This document shows, piece by piece, positions 1 through 13,848 of a stretch of DNA of 64,000 bases. Source of the DNA: Phoronis australis (Eukaryota; Animalia; Phoronida); contig NMRA01000249.1 of NCBI GenBank assembly GCA_002633005.1, positions 437,680 to 501,679 on the forward strand. Reading direction: 5' to 3'. Made by a program: the position numbers and the translations under genes. The first letter of the stretch is position 1, and each line of letters opens with the position of its first letter. The notes below the pieces were generated by a model that saw only the letters and a list, made by a program, of their open reading frames with translations, was not told the DNA's origin and did no database searches.

Positions 1-598
1 TCTTACGAAACCGACACCATCTTACCCTCTTGTCATTTATTCGACATACCGTGCACCAACAAGTGGCCTTTTTAATTAGTTAAACTGCGCCTCTTGCAAG
101 ATATTTTTGTCATTTTGAAATTGCATGCCCCTGAACTTCCAAATTGGACCAGGGAGAGTTTTGGGAAGGCCATGGCCCCCTTAGTCTCTTCTAAACCCGT
201 CACTGATTGTACACTCGAGTATAGATTTACAGTCTTGTGTTTTACACTTCCATGTCAAATCTGCGTAAAGTTACATTCCGGTGTCCATTCCATGCATCAT
301 CTTCTAATAGAAAGAGTTTCTTTTCAATGTAAATCGCATGTTGGCCTGTATGAACGGTTGGAAACGAACTCAAACGAAATGTTCAGGAGCGCGACCAAAT
401 GCAAAATTGTGTGGCTGGCTACCTGAAATTATTTTCCAAAAGACAGGAGGAGGGTGCAAGCGTAAAAGAGAAATAAGATTCCATTATCGTAAGGTTGTTG
501 TAATCGAGAAAGGTGCCTGATGGGCCGTAGTACCCCCACTTGGCTGCTTATTAATACGCCTATATACGTGTATGTGATAGTTGGTCTATTTATTTCAG

Positions 599-655
599 CC
601 ACAACCAGACCCAAACCTCCTCCATTTAGCTGTCCTCCGAGTAATACAGTGACAG
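599..655 (+). CDS. Gene 1 (8-Cys-domain protein, paralogue 1), exon A: xTTRPKPPPFSCPPSNTVT
   Basis: Acceptor tatttcag|599 and donor 655|gtagga; 57 nt, phase 1-1. The FSCP motif and the gtagga donor are shared with the paralogous exon 32470-32514. Confidence 0.75.
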
Positions 656-1813
656 GTAGGACTCACCGTGAGCTTTATTTTTTTAGACTACATGTATATT
701 AGTGATAGCTACGACGGCCATGTATCTTTTGAACATTTTGCCTCAGCAAGAATCGTGCTGCTATTGATGTCTAGGGCAGACACTAATAGTTTAATTTTTC
801 CAACGACTTGGGTATCAGACGGTAATTGCCGTTGTGTCGTAAAGAAATCACGTGGGTCGAGAATTGTTCATCTTAATTCAACATTCCAGCATTGCCTAAA
901 CTAATCGTCTTTGAGATTCACTCAAGACAGCCCATTTTCATGTATCACAAAGGCCAAAGGACAAGCTTGAACAGTCAGTTAGGGAACTATATACACAGCG
1001 AGAGTGGCGTACAGGAATCAATATCCTATGAGACATTATTCCGCGTACCGACCGAGACCGAAGGTCGAGGTTGATACGCGAAATAAGGTCGAGTGGGATA
1101 TTACTTCATGTGTGCCACTCGAGGTACCTGTTGTATTTATCCCATACGCTTCGAATTCCTGAGTTTCTTTCATTTTCTGTAAATTTTGTAATACATCGCT
1201 CAGATTGTTCTTGTGGCGGATCACATCCTGTATGCATCTACTTGCACGTTAGGCTGCAAGTTTTCTCTAGTAAAATAAACAGTTTTAAATGTGACGATTT
1301 ATGACTTGAAAAGAAAAAACAAATATGAAAACAAGGGTAACTTTTCATTGAACTTGTAACATCTCCTGAAAATAGTTAAATAACAACAATATTTAATATT
1401 GTAGTTAACGAGGAATCGGCGCCTGTGTTGCAGACGATAAAATATTTAGCAAATGAAAACTGAGACAGAACTGCCATATAATTAACAGTCTTGCTCCATA
1501 TATTACGATTTAGACATGATTGTATGTTGAGCGTTATTTACACTGCTGTACATGTAATTGTATTACTTTAAACTATTTTCTGAAAGTTTGGTGATCGAAC
1601 AAGCTAACGACTTCGAGTCGAAATTGACCTACCTTTTGAATTTTCCATGTCAGGGGTCACTGTTGAAGTAGTGTGGTGGGTGAATACGGATAACGTTATT
1701 ACATGGCCGTATTTCCCTCGACAGATTCAAGGCGTATGAGATAAATTGCTATCTACTTTGTTTTTGTTACATTGGTCGCGTTATTGCTGCCTGAAGTTAC
1801 ATTCTCATTTCAG

Positions 1814-2001
1814 AACGCATGGCATACTTCCAAATTAATTCAACACTTTGTGGTGGTCAAACTAACTCATCGGTGAACATAAGTGATGAGTGCTTACGTA
1901 ACCTTGGACACATCACAGGATTGAGGAAGGCTATGAGTCATTTCACACTTGGGTGCCAAAACATCCCCTACATTCCAACTTGTGATATAACTCGGATCAA
2001 T
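1814..2001 (+). CDS. Gene 1 exon B: ERMAYFQINSTLCGGQ...ISDECLRNLGH...GCQNIPYIPTCDITRIN
   Basis: Acceptor tcatttcag|1814 and donor 2001|gttagt; phase 1-0. Homologous to 32606-32817 (AY...C...DECLR..GH...C...CD..RIN|gttagt). Confidence 0.85.
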
Positions 2002-4339
2002 GTTAGTATTTTCTTTTTAATTTGATGATGATCATGATCTAGAAGCCATCTCAGACCGGGACGTTCACACACTCTGAAGCATACAAGTACTAAACTTTAC
2101 CAGCCATACATGTACATGTATGTTCAAAACCAATGATACCACCAACGCCACATATAATTACTCTATATTACCGAGATGTAATATTGTATAATGATGATTT
2201 TTTTCTTTTTTAACACCTGCAAACACTTCATCATCGGAATGCCAGTGGACTAAAAGTCCTACGTCGTTACTCACTGAAATGCACAAAACCGTTGTCGCAT
2301 TTGTGCTTCCTAGTAATGTTTTAATACACTACTCTAAATATGTCAGAATATATCCGGTGTACGTGTATTTGATTTTAAGTCTATGCAAATATAGGACTTC
2401 ATCAATGATATTGTGCATTTATATTTTGAGTTATGAAAATAATATGTTTTGCAACAGCAGAAAGTTTGTAGAATTGATTTTTTAATTTTTACTAATGTTG
2501 TTAATTGGGTTATGTACTTTCATCAAAGCTCAACGCACAGAAAGATGCATTGGTAGCATGATCATCAACTTGTATTCGCTAAAAAAGAAAGTGAGAAATC
2601 AAATACCTAGAGCATTCCGAAACATGTAATCATTTCGTTCATGGGTGAAATGCATCTCATTAAATTCCAAAAAACACATAATTAGATAACCATTCCTTTT
2701 AGACAAAGCTGGAATGTTTAAAATGTATTCATAACAAGGTCTGAGAACTGGACTTAAATCATAAAGTTAAGCATGCATCCTAAGAGCCGTTTCTGGGATA
2801 AAATGTTTAGAAATCAAACAAACTTGGCCATTCTCAGAGGGTTCTAGAGAGCCTTGACAAACACGTTGCATAAAGATCATCAGCGCCTAGAATAAAAACT
2901 TTTAAGGTTAAATCGGTTAAAAACCCATCACAAGAGAACTTGGGGTGCACTCTACAATGCATGGAAATATGTCTGGCGTAGTCTGCACGGCGGATGTGGG
3001 TCCTCGGGACCTTCGTAAGGTGACCAAAATGAGTTGAATGACATGTTAAAGGTGCCGGTCAAAATTGATATAAAACCAACTAACGTTCAAAACTGATTAT
3101 TGAATGACCCCTGACTGACAAAGTCCCTCTAGATTAGTCCCGCGACAAAAGATTCCAGAATAGACCTCAAACATCCTTGACTACGTCAAACGGTCATGGT
3201 ACAACAAAACATCTTCTGGCGGAGTCAATGCCTCTGATAACTAAATGCCATTTGACAGATATAGTAAGGTTCAGCTTGAGCCCCAGAAGTTGACACGCAC
3301 AAAATCATTTTGCTTGAAAGTATCAGATCGAAGACACTTGGCTTAGCTTCATTGGATTGATGTATTGTGCCAGCTATGAATGGATGTTTGACTGAGGCAT
3401 CTGTACCGATACATATTTAGGTGAGGTAGAGCAGCAATTTGATGCATGAGCTGTGTCTTTTGGCATAGGTGAAGGCAATATCATCGGTGGAAGCGGTGCT
3501 GTCTTTTGGTCCATTCCCAGATATAGCGGTGTCCAGTAGTACGATGAAAGATGAGCAGGACACTTGACATAGCTTTCACAGCTTGGACTTCGGATCATAC
3601 GTGTTGAACGGAGCTGGGATTGGGTCATTAATATTCATCAGTTATACGATTCGGTCTAGCGTTCTAAGTACTCATCTCCAACATCCAGTCAAGGAGTATG
3701 GTAAAACTGGACTTTCATTAAAAAATTCACCTTGTCGAACAAGATTGGTCGACGCGCAAAACTTTCAGGGGAAGAGAATTCATTGTGAACGAATATTTTG
3801 CTTGTGTAATGGTACCAAGATGGAAACATCTCACCGTGTCCATTAATTAAATCTGTTTTCCTCACTAGGGAAGCACTTCGTATCAGTCTTAAGATTTATT
3901 TTGTGGACAACTTCCAAGTCTAAATAGCTTACTTGCGAGAGTCGTCATTTTGAAAAGCCCAGTGGCTGTGTTTGAGGGTAAAATAATTCTTTTATAGGTT
4001 CCTTATAGATTATACTGACTGAATTAGCCTGATAATTGCTACTGACACTATACCTATAAACGTTGCTTTTGTCGGGTGTCGCAATTAAATTTGGTCAAAC
4101 AGTGGCGATTACGTAGTCCCAGTACAAAAGGCTACACTTGTTTCTAAGTTAACCCTTGAATGCTAGCGCGTCTGGACATTTTAGTGCCCGAATAGTTTTC
4201 TTATGTTTCCGGTATCAACAAAACAAATTGCGGGTTTGTGCCACAATAAAAACAAGTTTTATTATTTTCCGAGTATAATCGTTGTTCGAGATGAGACTCG
4301 TGAACATCTCTATTGTTTCTGATGAGATGGCAAATTGTG

Positions 4340-6800
4340 GGAGTCTATTGGAGAGTAGAAATATGTAGGGGTGGAGTGTGTGTGTGGGGAATGGCAACCA
4401 CGTTGTAAATGAGGGGCAGTTTGTTTTGAGCACGTCTTTCTTGAAAAGTGGGCCATTTGAGAGAGGTAAGCATAGACGAAACACAGAAGTATCAGGAGTG
4501 CTTATTTAGGACGAACTTGGCTGCTTTAGGATGTACTCTTTGAATCTTGTCAACATTAACGCTAGTGGAGGGATCCCAGAGAGTGAGGTGTTTTCAAGTT
4601 TGAGCCTCGCTAGTAAAGTGTAGGTACAGGCTATTGTTTCGTGAAGTGCATAATTGAGAGCGCGTTTATTGAAGCCAAGAGATCTGTTTGACTGAGAGGT
4701 GATTGTGTATGTGAGTAACCCATGACGTATTTTTGGTAACAGGGACCTTAAGGTTTGGGGCTTAGTTTATGCATTTGAGCAGTGCGTTGTGAAGACTGTA
4801 TTTGCATATTATGGGCGAACGTTTTCTGTTCACACGTAGAATATTACATTTGCAAACGCTGAAATATATTTTCCACAATTTTCCCCATGACGCTAGGGAG
4901 TCTAAGTCTTTTCTGGAGTATTTGCCAGTCATGGGAGACTCAATAGGCCTATAGAGGACCGCATCAGCGGAAAGAGACGGACATTTGAAAGAATGGAGTC
5001 AGGAAGTTCGGTAATGTTGGGTATGAAGAGTGCACGACCAAGGGCAAGACTCTGGGGCACACATGATTGAATTTGGGGGGTGAGAGCGTGCCATTTAAGA
5101 CGACGCCCTCTGTTGTGTGAGAAAGGAAGGTCTGGGTCCAATTGTGGGTGAGCCCCTTACATCGTTGTATCTGATATCTAAAAAACTTGGAAGAAATATC
5201 TTATCAAAAGCTTTGGGAAGTCCAGTACCACGGCTTCGGTTTCAGTGCCTGCCTCCATAATTTGGAGTAAGTCATCTTTCATTGTGACAAGTTGTGTTTT
5301 GCATGACTTTCGTCTACAAAAACCATGCTGCTAGGTGTAAATTATATTGTTTGGATGAATATGAAGCAAACTGATACTGACAACATGTGCTCCAAAAGTT
5401 TTGAACTGATGCAGGTGAGTGATATTGGGTGGTAATTTGAAATCAAAGTTTTATCGTCTTTTTCGAAGAGGGTTGGTACATTTGTAGTTTGCGATTTCGT
5501 CGGAACTGATGAGATTTGGTAAAGATATCTTGAAGTTCAGGTGCAATTTCTTCTGCTGCTGCTTTATGAATGTGAGGAGATATTAATCTGGCCCAGTGCC
5601 TGTGTGGGGTTTGAGATTCTGCAACATTCTGCTTATACCGTCAGTGGAAGAAAGAATATCATGTATGGAGTTAAAGGGGGGTTGTACCCTTGTTTGACAT
5701 ACCTGTACCATTGTCTTTTGTGAAGACCGAGAAAAAGTGTGTGTTTAATACTGATGATGTTGTTTTGGGTCGGTATATGGGATGCCATCTTTTTAAAGGA
5801 GCAATACTTGGTGATTCTTTGTTGAGACTTTTAATAAAAGGAAAATAGTCTTTTTGAATGTTAGTTTGGGAAGGTGTAATTATATTGTTGATGTAATTCC
5901 AGAAGAATTGGCGACTTTCTTGTTGGACTAGTTTCCTGAGATCCAATAAATTTTCTCTGTCTGCTTCATTTTCAGTGTGTTTTAGCGGCAAGAAAGTTTT
6001 TTTTCTAAGAAAGTTTTTGACTAAACAATTTATTCAGGAAATTCAGTTTTTTCGTCTTGCAGTTTTGTGAAGGGTGAAACGCTTAGTGACATCACGAACA
6101 TATGTTGCAAGGACAGACCATTTGTTATTTTCTGAGGAGCAACAAGTTTGTTCTAGGAATGTACCTTCGAAATTAGCCATGTATGTTTTAACAAACCTGT
6201 TTTTCTTTATTCAATAGATATATTTTAATAGGTTTTTAATTTTGGGTGGCAGGATTTACTTCGGTTTCTGTAAAGACAATATCGTTGTCAGTAATGCCAG
6301 GGATGACCTAAGATTCGACTAGGCTTCTGGGATTGTTTGCTAGAAGGATATCTAGTATACTGTTTTCACGTGTAGATTTTGTTACACTTTGTTGAAGGAC
6401 ATAGTTTTGGATGTCGACAAGACGTTTGTCACAGAGGTTTCTATTAGGTGTGTTTGGAGGGGTTCAGTAGGAGTTCCGGTCAATAAGGGGGCCGATGTAA
6501 AATCAGACATTTTCATTTTTAAGCTTATTGATGGAAGAACTGAGGTGTTCGATAGATTCACCAATGTCAACTGAGGCCGGTAGTACGTGTACACAGCAAG
6601 ATACATGTCACAGGATCTCTTATATTTAGCCACACTATTTCACGATATGTGAGTGCAGTGGGTTAAAGAGAGCTTGCGTATTCATTCTTAATGGTGATTA
6701 AGACGTCACCACCAGGTTCTCCAACACTAGGATAAAGAGTTAAGTGTGACTCCATATAAAAACCAACAGGTAGAGTCTATACCCAAAATCACATTGGTTT
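4340..6800 (-). mobile_element. Decayed non-LTR retrotransposon (CR1/L2-like LINE; endonuclease and RT relic) in a gene 1 intron
   Basis: Minus-strand translations give SNYHPISLTCISSKLLEHML (~5390-5440), QHGFCRRKSCKTQL...VVLDFPKAFDK (~5200-5330) and SCVPQSLALG...ITELPDSILSNVRLF (~4970-5065). These are degenerate RT motifs (YRPISL, QHGFR, DFSKAFD, GVPQG, FADD). Many stops and frameshifts; ends are approximate. Confidence 0.85.
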
Positions 6801-7349
6801 GTTAAGATGTAGAAAAACCTCACTTTTTAAGAATTTTCATTCATTACTTTTGTTTTTGTGACCTATACCTCCATTTTGCAACAAAATTGGGCGTTGAAGT
6901 AGGCATTTTTGAATGCATTTTTAAATTTGTACGTTTTGTGAGGCAAAAAGGGCTATTTTTCAGATTTCACTGAAGCCATTTTCGGCCAAATTTGGTACTC
7001 TGTAGCAGCCATAACGTACCTTTCCTGAAATTGACTTTATAAAAATTCATTCAGTCATTCCTCACCTCTTCATAACCTAAAATAAAAAATCTTGACTCTA
7101 ATGTAGCGTCTACGAAGCATTACACGAACTGCACTTCGTCCTTTTGCATGTTCTCAGTTGCCTCTGCTACCAATAGGGGGCTCTTGGAACATATAATTAG
7201 TTTGCAAAACACGAAATAAAAACCTTGTATTTTGGAGAAAAAACAGACAGCATTATTAATTACCATTCTCTGAAAACGGCATTGATGATTATTGCAAACT
7301 GGCATGCGTGCTTCTAAATGATAGATGGCACTACTTTTGCTTACGTGGA

Positions 7350-8803
7350 GACTGAAGACGCATCTAGAATAAGAACATTAACACGAGGACCTTGCTACAT
7401 GTATGATTCAAGACTTTGCGAGATATTGCCGAGGCGAGAGAGTTGTTGTCCCTTCTTGCATGCGGGCTCAAATGAAGAATCTCCTTCATGAGCCACACCT
7501 TGGTGTTGAAAGTACTTTACGTAGAGCACGAGAAGGCTTATACTGGCTTGGGATGACTGATGAAATATAACAGCTCATTCAACAGTGTGATGCCTGCAGA
7601 ACTTACGACAGGGCAGGGCACAGCCAAAGGAATCCCCGCGCTCACACGATACCCTTTCTCGCCCCTGGGAGATGGTGGGCATTGTATATTTTCCCTTGAT
7701 GGTGTGGACTATTATATTCTTGTCGAGATTACTACTCTAACTTCTGGGAAGTGGATCGTCGTCCTTCATTGTCTGTGTCTGTTATCATTAAAAAGATAAA
7801 ACCACATTTAGCTTGTTATGGAATTCCTTCCGCGATCATGTCAGATCCAGGAAGTCAGTACACCAGCATGGAATTCCGATCCTTCATACACAAGTGGGAT
7901 TGTACCCATCACATGAGCTCGCCGAAACACTCCCATTCAAATAGAAAGGTCGAGTCAGCGGTCAAAGCAGCCAAGACTTTACTTCGCAAGTGTAAAAGAT
8001 CTCAGACGGATCCCTATTTGGCAATTCTGGAGTCACGTGATAACCCCCAACAAGGTGTGGGTAGTAGCCCAGCTCAACGATGACTCGGTCGCCGCACACG
8101 ATCTCTGGTGCCTATCACAGCAAGATTGTTGGCTCCACGTGGCGAGACCTCACACTCGTGTTAGAGCATCAGTTACAAAATGAAGGAAATGGCCCGTTTA
8201 CAAGCTCAACATTACGATCAACATGCCAAGGACATACCTTACCTTCTGGAAGGTGAGTCCGTGCGGATTAAACCAAGCCAACTTGGCATTAAAGAGCGGG
8301 AGAAAGGGTTTCTGACAAAGCGTCTTGGTGACAGATCTTATGAAGTGCAAACCCCTAACAGATGCTACACACGCAATAGGGTGCACCTCTGCAAGTCCTA
8401 TGAGCCTCCATCCACTGTATCGGGCGAGCCTCTGTCTGTGGCACCAACCCGCGTTGATAAATTATCTAGTGATTCGACAACACATGTTCCCAACAGACCT
8501 GTTCGTAATCGACGACCACCATCCTACTTAAAGGACTATGCCGCGGTTTAGTGTACCTCATGTGTGAACTATTCACTCTCAACAATAAACTTCGTATATC
8601 TAATTTAAGTTTTGTTTTATTACTTTAGTTTACTTTTTATTTTTCTGGAGAATGTTTCAATATTGCTTTGTTTTATCGCTACTCAATTGATGGCGTTGCT
8701 AGTATGTAATTAGCTGTTTCCTGTTCCGCAATATAAGTGTCATGTCGGCGAACACGTTTATGTTTTACTCGCACTAATTACAGTAAGTCTTGAAACAGCC
8801 ACA
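7350..8803 (+). mobile_element. Ty3/Gypsy LTR retrotransposon 3' relic (integrase, probable 3' LTR ~8652-8803)
   Basis: RVVVP...LHEPHLGVESTLRRAREGLYW (HHCC region), GIPSAIMSDPGSQYTS and SSPKHSHSNRKVESAVK (integrase core), and C-terminal RPVRNRRPPSYLKDY. A short purine run (ggagaa) is followed by a TG...CA segment. Frameshifted. Confidence 0.85.
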
Positions 8804-9395
8804 TTACTAGAAGAGGCAACAATGTCTTGATTCATCCAAGACTTAAAACATAACGATCTAACTTTTACATGTAACTTCAACCATATTTCTGTGGAATTCA
8901 CTTCCGGGTCATTGAGAGACATTGAACAATAAACCTATGGCCTATTGGGGGAAAAGATAACTGCAATTTTACTTATTATTTCAATTAATTATTTATTCAA
9001 TTTATTTATTTATTTATCTGTCATATATTTCATGTCACTTTATCGTACATTCTACATGTATTTCAACTCATTTCACCCATACCTAGTTCGGTTCAAATAT
9101 TTAATTAATCCTGTATATTTATTCATTTTTCATTATTTATTCTTAATATCTTTTTATTTTCTGTATGGACCACTACGGAAATACGTTCTCCCCGTAGTGT
9201 TTGCACGTATTATATTTAAAGATGTTTAGTATCTGTCTTTGCAACATGTCCATCAATCTTTGCAGACATTTTATTTCACATCGTTTTTTGCTTTAATTGT
9301 GTATATGACATGTTCAGATGAATAAACGAAGTAAGGCTAATCTGTCCATTATACCTATTTCTTTCAGCGAAACCACGTTCTTCTTTCAATTTCAG

Positions 9396-9570
9396 GGCAG
9401 CTGCTACCGTATTCTAATTCGCTTGCACGCGCCAGTGGGTGAGGCTTTTAAACGGTGTGTGGAAGAAGAGAACTCTAATATATTCAGACAGGATTTTCAC
9501 AAAGATTATGCCGCGGAAGGCGCCTGCCCTTCGGCTAAGGTTAAACAAGTCCTAGCTCATGTTGGAAGCG
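9396..9570 (+). CDS. Gene 1 exon C: GSCYRILIRLHAPVGEAFKRC...EGACPSAKVKQVLAHVGS
   Basis: Acceptor tttcaatttcag|9396 and donor 9570|gtaatt; phase 0-1, compatible with exons B and D. Homologous to 33465-33648 (GTCYRAVIRLH...C...CPRAK). Confidence 0.85.
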
Positions 9571-9869
9571 GTAATTAGCCTCTTGCAGAATTGTAATCGT
9601 ATCGTAATTTATACACGGTAGGCATGTACAGCAACTACTCCAGCCAACGAGCAAACATTTTATTTTGAACACGGGCGGTGGAGAAGTTGGATTTGCCACC
9701 CCAAACTAATTTTTTAAAAATTTTTTGCTCATTTTCCTTCAATTGAAGCATATTAAAGTAAATACAGAATTCATGGGATTCTGATACACGTTTTAAAAGA
9801 CGCGTGCAGGCCTCGCATGTGGGCCCATTGCACTCCTCACCTGAGTGGGGCCATTTTATTAATGTATAC

Positions 9870-9992
9870 AGTGTAGTTAAAACTGAGCTGAGAACCAAGA
9901 AACCTGACACAAGGGTTTAGCAGTGTTACCCAGTGGGACTTAAACCCACGACCTCGAATTTAGGAAACGGTTACCTTTCTCACCAGGCCACA
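9870..9992 (-). mobile_element. tRNA-derived SINE head (degenerate)
   Basis: The reverse complement reads tgtggcctggtgag...gaggtcgtgggtttaagtcccactggg, giving A-box-like and B-box-like Pol III motifs at tRNA spacing. No full cloverleaf. Confidence 0.5.
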
Positions 9993-10422
9993 TTGTCACT
10001 TGTGGTTGTGAAAATATTTGTTTTGTCAACTTAGAAGAGATTTCCAGGCGTGAGTTGAATCGAACATAGGTTGATAGGTCATTTTATGCACCGACCATGG
10101 TTTCAAGAACAAGATGGTAATTTTAATTAGTGGTACACGTATTAACTAAACTACGCATTTAGCTGTTTTAATCTGTAACTATTAAAGATGAAAGTAAGTT
10201 ACCGACCTCGTTCTGCTGTAGCACTACAAAGGTGTCGTTTGGACAAATTAAATTTCTGTGAAAGCCAGAAAATCCCACTCCGATCCATCCAATACAGGGA
10301 TGTGCTGTACACAAGATTGCTTTAAACTATTATCTAGGACTGACTAGGCTAGTTCGTCTGGTTCCAACTGTGTGAAAAATACATGTAAGATGTGGGTAAG
10401 GGCGTGGTACGTTTCGTTACAG

Positions 10423-10524
10423 ATTGGACAACTCCTGTTACCACCTCCGCAAGTACCACAATTACGCAAAGTACTCTATCTGTTACGTCAACATCTTCAC
10501 TCACTTCACTGCCTCCTAATAATG
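10423..10524 (+). CDS. Gene 1 exon D: Thr/Ser-rich mucin-like stalk DWTTPVTTSASTTITQSTLSVTSTSSLTSLPPNN
   Basis: Acceptor tttcgttacag|10423 and donor 10524|gtatgt; 102 nt, phase 1-1, open frame and strongly S/T-biased. Confidence 0.75.
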
Positions 10525-13500
10525 GTATGTTGTTCAACGTAAATGCATTCCTTCAATGGATGTTTGCAATTTCTTGAGGTTTGAGATCGTGTATAAAAAT
10601 TGTAGGACATTAAACGTAACTAAGCAAACCTTTTTGTAAAATAACCGAGGGACTTTGAATATAAAAAATGATGATTATTTGAATTACCGCCACAGGATGG
10701 GGAAGACGTTGATAAATTAGCAGCATATATGCAATGGCGGATAGTCATTTTGTAACTTACGGAGACTTAGAGAGCAAACTTGACGAATATTATGAAGACA
10801 GTAACGGAGATGGAGTGAAGATGACACCCAGGTCAAAAGTGAAACGAGTGATGAGATAATCAGCCAGTTAGGTGTATGAAGACTATCCTCAAAATAGAGC
10901 TAGGTGCCACTGTGTGTTAAGTTTTGACAGACATCGATTTTGCACATAGTCCCCTTTATTTTTGATTGCACCTCGCCGTGAAACTTGCTTTAGCATATAA
11001 AGCTAAAGGCCTGCAGGGGCGCATTCGAACTTTGGGAATCAACGGACACTCACCTTGCCCGTTACAACTGTTTAAATGAATAACAGTCTATTTAACGTCA
11101 CTTTCTTGCGTAATTTTCCGCTTTTTGTAGCAAAAATGTATGTCGTTTTGAGAACAGTGCACTGGTGACATGCGCACTCGCCATTTCCTAAATTTTCCAA
11201 CACTAGTAGAAAAATAGTTTACTTAAAGAAGAAAGTACTTTTGTTTTAATTGTATTAACTTTGTGTCAGGCTTTGATCCGGTCAGTTTTTTTGCCCACAT
11301 CGGCTCTAATCTAGAGGTATAGCTTTGCACCTAGGCTAAGTTAGACCTCGTCGTATCGGCAATCTTTGCGTCTTTGAGGACGTACGAACTCGACCATCCC
11401 GCATCGCCGTCTTCAGCGATAGAAGCCGTCTCGGAGGCTACTCAGTCTTTGAGACGTGCTAGATATAACCGTGTTTGATTCAAGGTTTAATTTTCCAACC
11501 ACTTATTAAGTGTTGAGTAATATGTGTGTCGAACAGTATATCAAATCGAAATTTTAGCTGATTGTCAGCTATACTGTATTAATGTAGCTGGCGCATGTTG
11601 ATTCCATTCTAATACTTGCGCGCATGTGCATGTACGTCACTGAGGCTTAAGACATTATTTGACGTTTCTGCTTGTATACCATATGCCACCTGTTCACCAG
11701 GTGAGTGCTTTACGACGGACCATTTTCGACAAAAAAGTTCCTAAATACAATTGGCGATTTTCAACGTACTCCATCGTCACATTATCATTTGACCATGGAA
11801 TCACAGGGATAATGGATTAGCGTGCACGTTTCACTTGAAGGACAATTTTCCTACAGATCATTTAGTAATGCAACGGAAAAGGATTGATTGAAATTTTCTG
11901 ATATAATCTCACAAAGTCACGAAAAAGAAACATGTTACTCACGTGTTATAGTTTATTACGTATAACGTGGCTGTGATGCAACCGCACTATCTGCGTGCTT
12001 CTTGGATCGAAAAAGGTGATTTGGGAACTGGTACAAAGGAGCTTTAAACTCAGCTTGTGACTAAACATTTTACGCCACCTTTACAATATATGTACCAGTG
12101 AAGACAAAACTCTTGGTATTTCTTTACACTGGACTTCATTAAATCTTCGACATATTTTGAGGGGTTGTGCGTTAGTAGTTATTCTTAAGAAACTTGCACG
12201 GGTCCAAGAAACTGTCGGGGGTTCGATTTTTGATGACCGCATAAAGTGTAAATGTATAACGGATTGATGTGTACATGATCATGTGAGGCAATCGTGCAGA
12301 CGAAGATCAGCAAATATTTGGAGTTCAAGTGAAACTCCAAAAAACGCAATAGCTTGATCAAGAATTAATCGAAAAACACGTTAATATGAGCAAATTCGGA
12401 GCATATTTGGGGCCTCTCAACTTTCCTGGGATGCTTCGATTCCAAGTCTTCTCTCGGTTATTCGTCAAGGCTGTTCGCGTTTGTCCTCGAGAATTGTGGT
12501 ATTTTGTTTTGAGTAACTAAAAAATTGATTTATTTTTCACAATAAGAAGCTAATCTTGCAAGATTGGATGATACTTCAGTGAACGTAGCGGCGGCATGAA
12601 TTTGGGAAATCATCCTATACCAAATTAGGGAAGTACACAAGGAGATTTGTCTGTTTGAAATAAGTCCAAAAAATATTAATGAATTTCGGACAGTTCTACA
12701 TGTTGTGCCAAAATGTACCTATGTTTATCGACTTATCAGCATGATAAGTAGTCGAACTTTACAAACAGACACCAAAACCGATTGACTGCCTTTCCACAAA
12801 AGCAGCAAATGGTCGACAGCAGAGACCTCAATTTTGGCCATTATTCTTTTAGTAAGAGCGTCATGATTTGTTTTGTCCAAAATATCATATTTTTAATTCA
12901 AAGAGGCTCATGAAGTAAAATAATTTGCAAGCGTTTTAACTGAATGTGAGAGAAGACGATGCATGGTGGTCCTGAAACTATACGTGTACGATGTGTTCAT
13001 GTAGACAATGGGTCCTCAAAGGATTTTCAGTGAACTTTAATTACAACTTCTAAAACTTGATGAATCATCTTCTCATTTTGTTTTTAATTTAATTTTACCC
13101 GTTTTTGAAATGGCGTGGGTGCCTGTTTGCGGTGAGGTGATAATGTCTTATTTTAATATGTTCCTTTAGTTTGTGGAAGTTAATATCTGTTAACGGGTGG
13201 AGTAACAAATGGAAACATCCTGTTCATGATCTGTACATGTAGATATCAGTTAACGCTCAGCAGTCAACTGAACAAAAACTTTGTGACGACACGTACATGT
13301 AGAGATGCTGCTTTTTTCATATACACTGCTTTTATATTTCTCCATTAAAACCTAATATGTTTTGTCGGTCGCTCTAATGCTCTCCGTTGGTCACAGCAAT
13401 AAACAGAAAGCATACTGAAATGATAAGAAACCCTGTCTCCACGATCTCACCCAGAACTGATTTTGTCATGCACGGCCATGCGCCCATTCTCAATAAGAAT

Positions 13501-13848
13501 GACCAAATGCGAAATGAGGATTCATAAAAGTAAAGTTGATTTGTGATTGTCAAATTTGACTCATTTATACAAAAGGTTATTTTAAGATTTTAAACCAGAA
13601 ACAAAGTAACAATTTTTCCTGAATTTTTGCTTAGTTTTTGGTCACAATGTACTGCACCATTAGAAACGTGACTGAGGAAGTGTCAATCGAAATTCTGTTG
13701 TTGAGGAAACTGTGTTGTCAAATCTTGTCGTATGTTCGAGTTTTCAAGATGGCATAGGCGCGAAATTGGACTATCCGAGTAAGCTTAGCAAGTTTGTTCA
13801 AATAATCAGGTCCACGTTGATAAAATTTACAGTGCACTAGACTACAGT

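Noticed and set aside
2600-3850. Coding-like decayed segment in the gene 1 intron
   Set aside because: No motif recognised in the frames I read; cannot be assigned to a family.
8945-9229. Hydrophobic 94-aa ORF as a membrane protein
   Set aside because: It is a translation of low-complexity AT-rich intron (tatt repeats) with a TTG start.
9925-9992. tRNA gene
   Set aside because: Only A/B-box-like motifs are present, with no convincing acceptor stem or cloverleaf. Treated as a SINE head.
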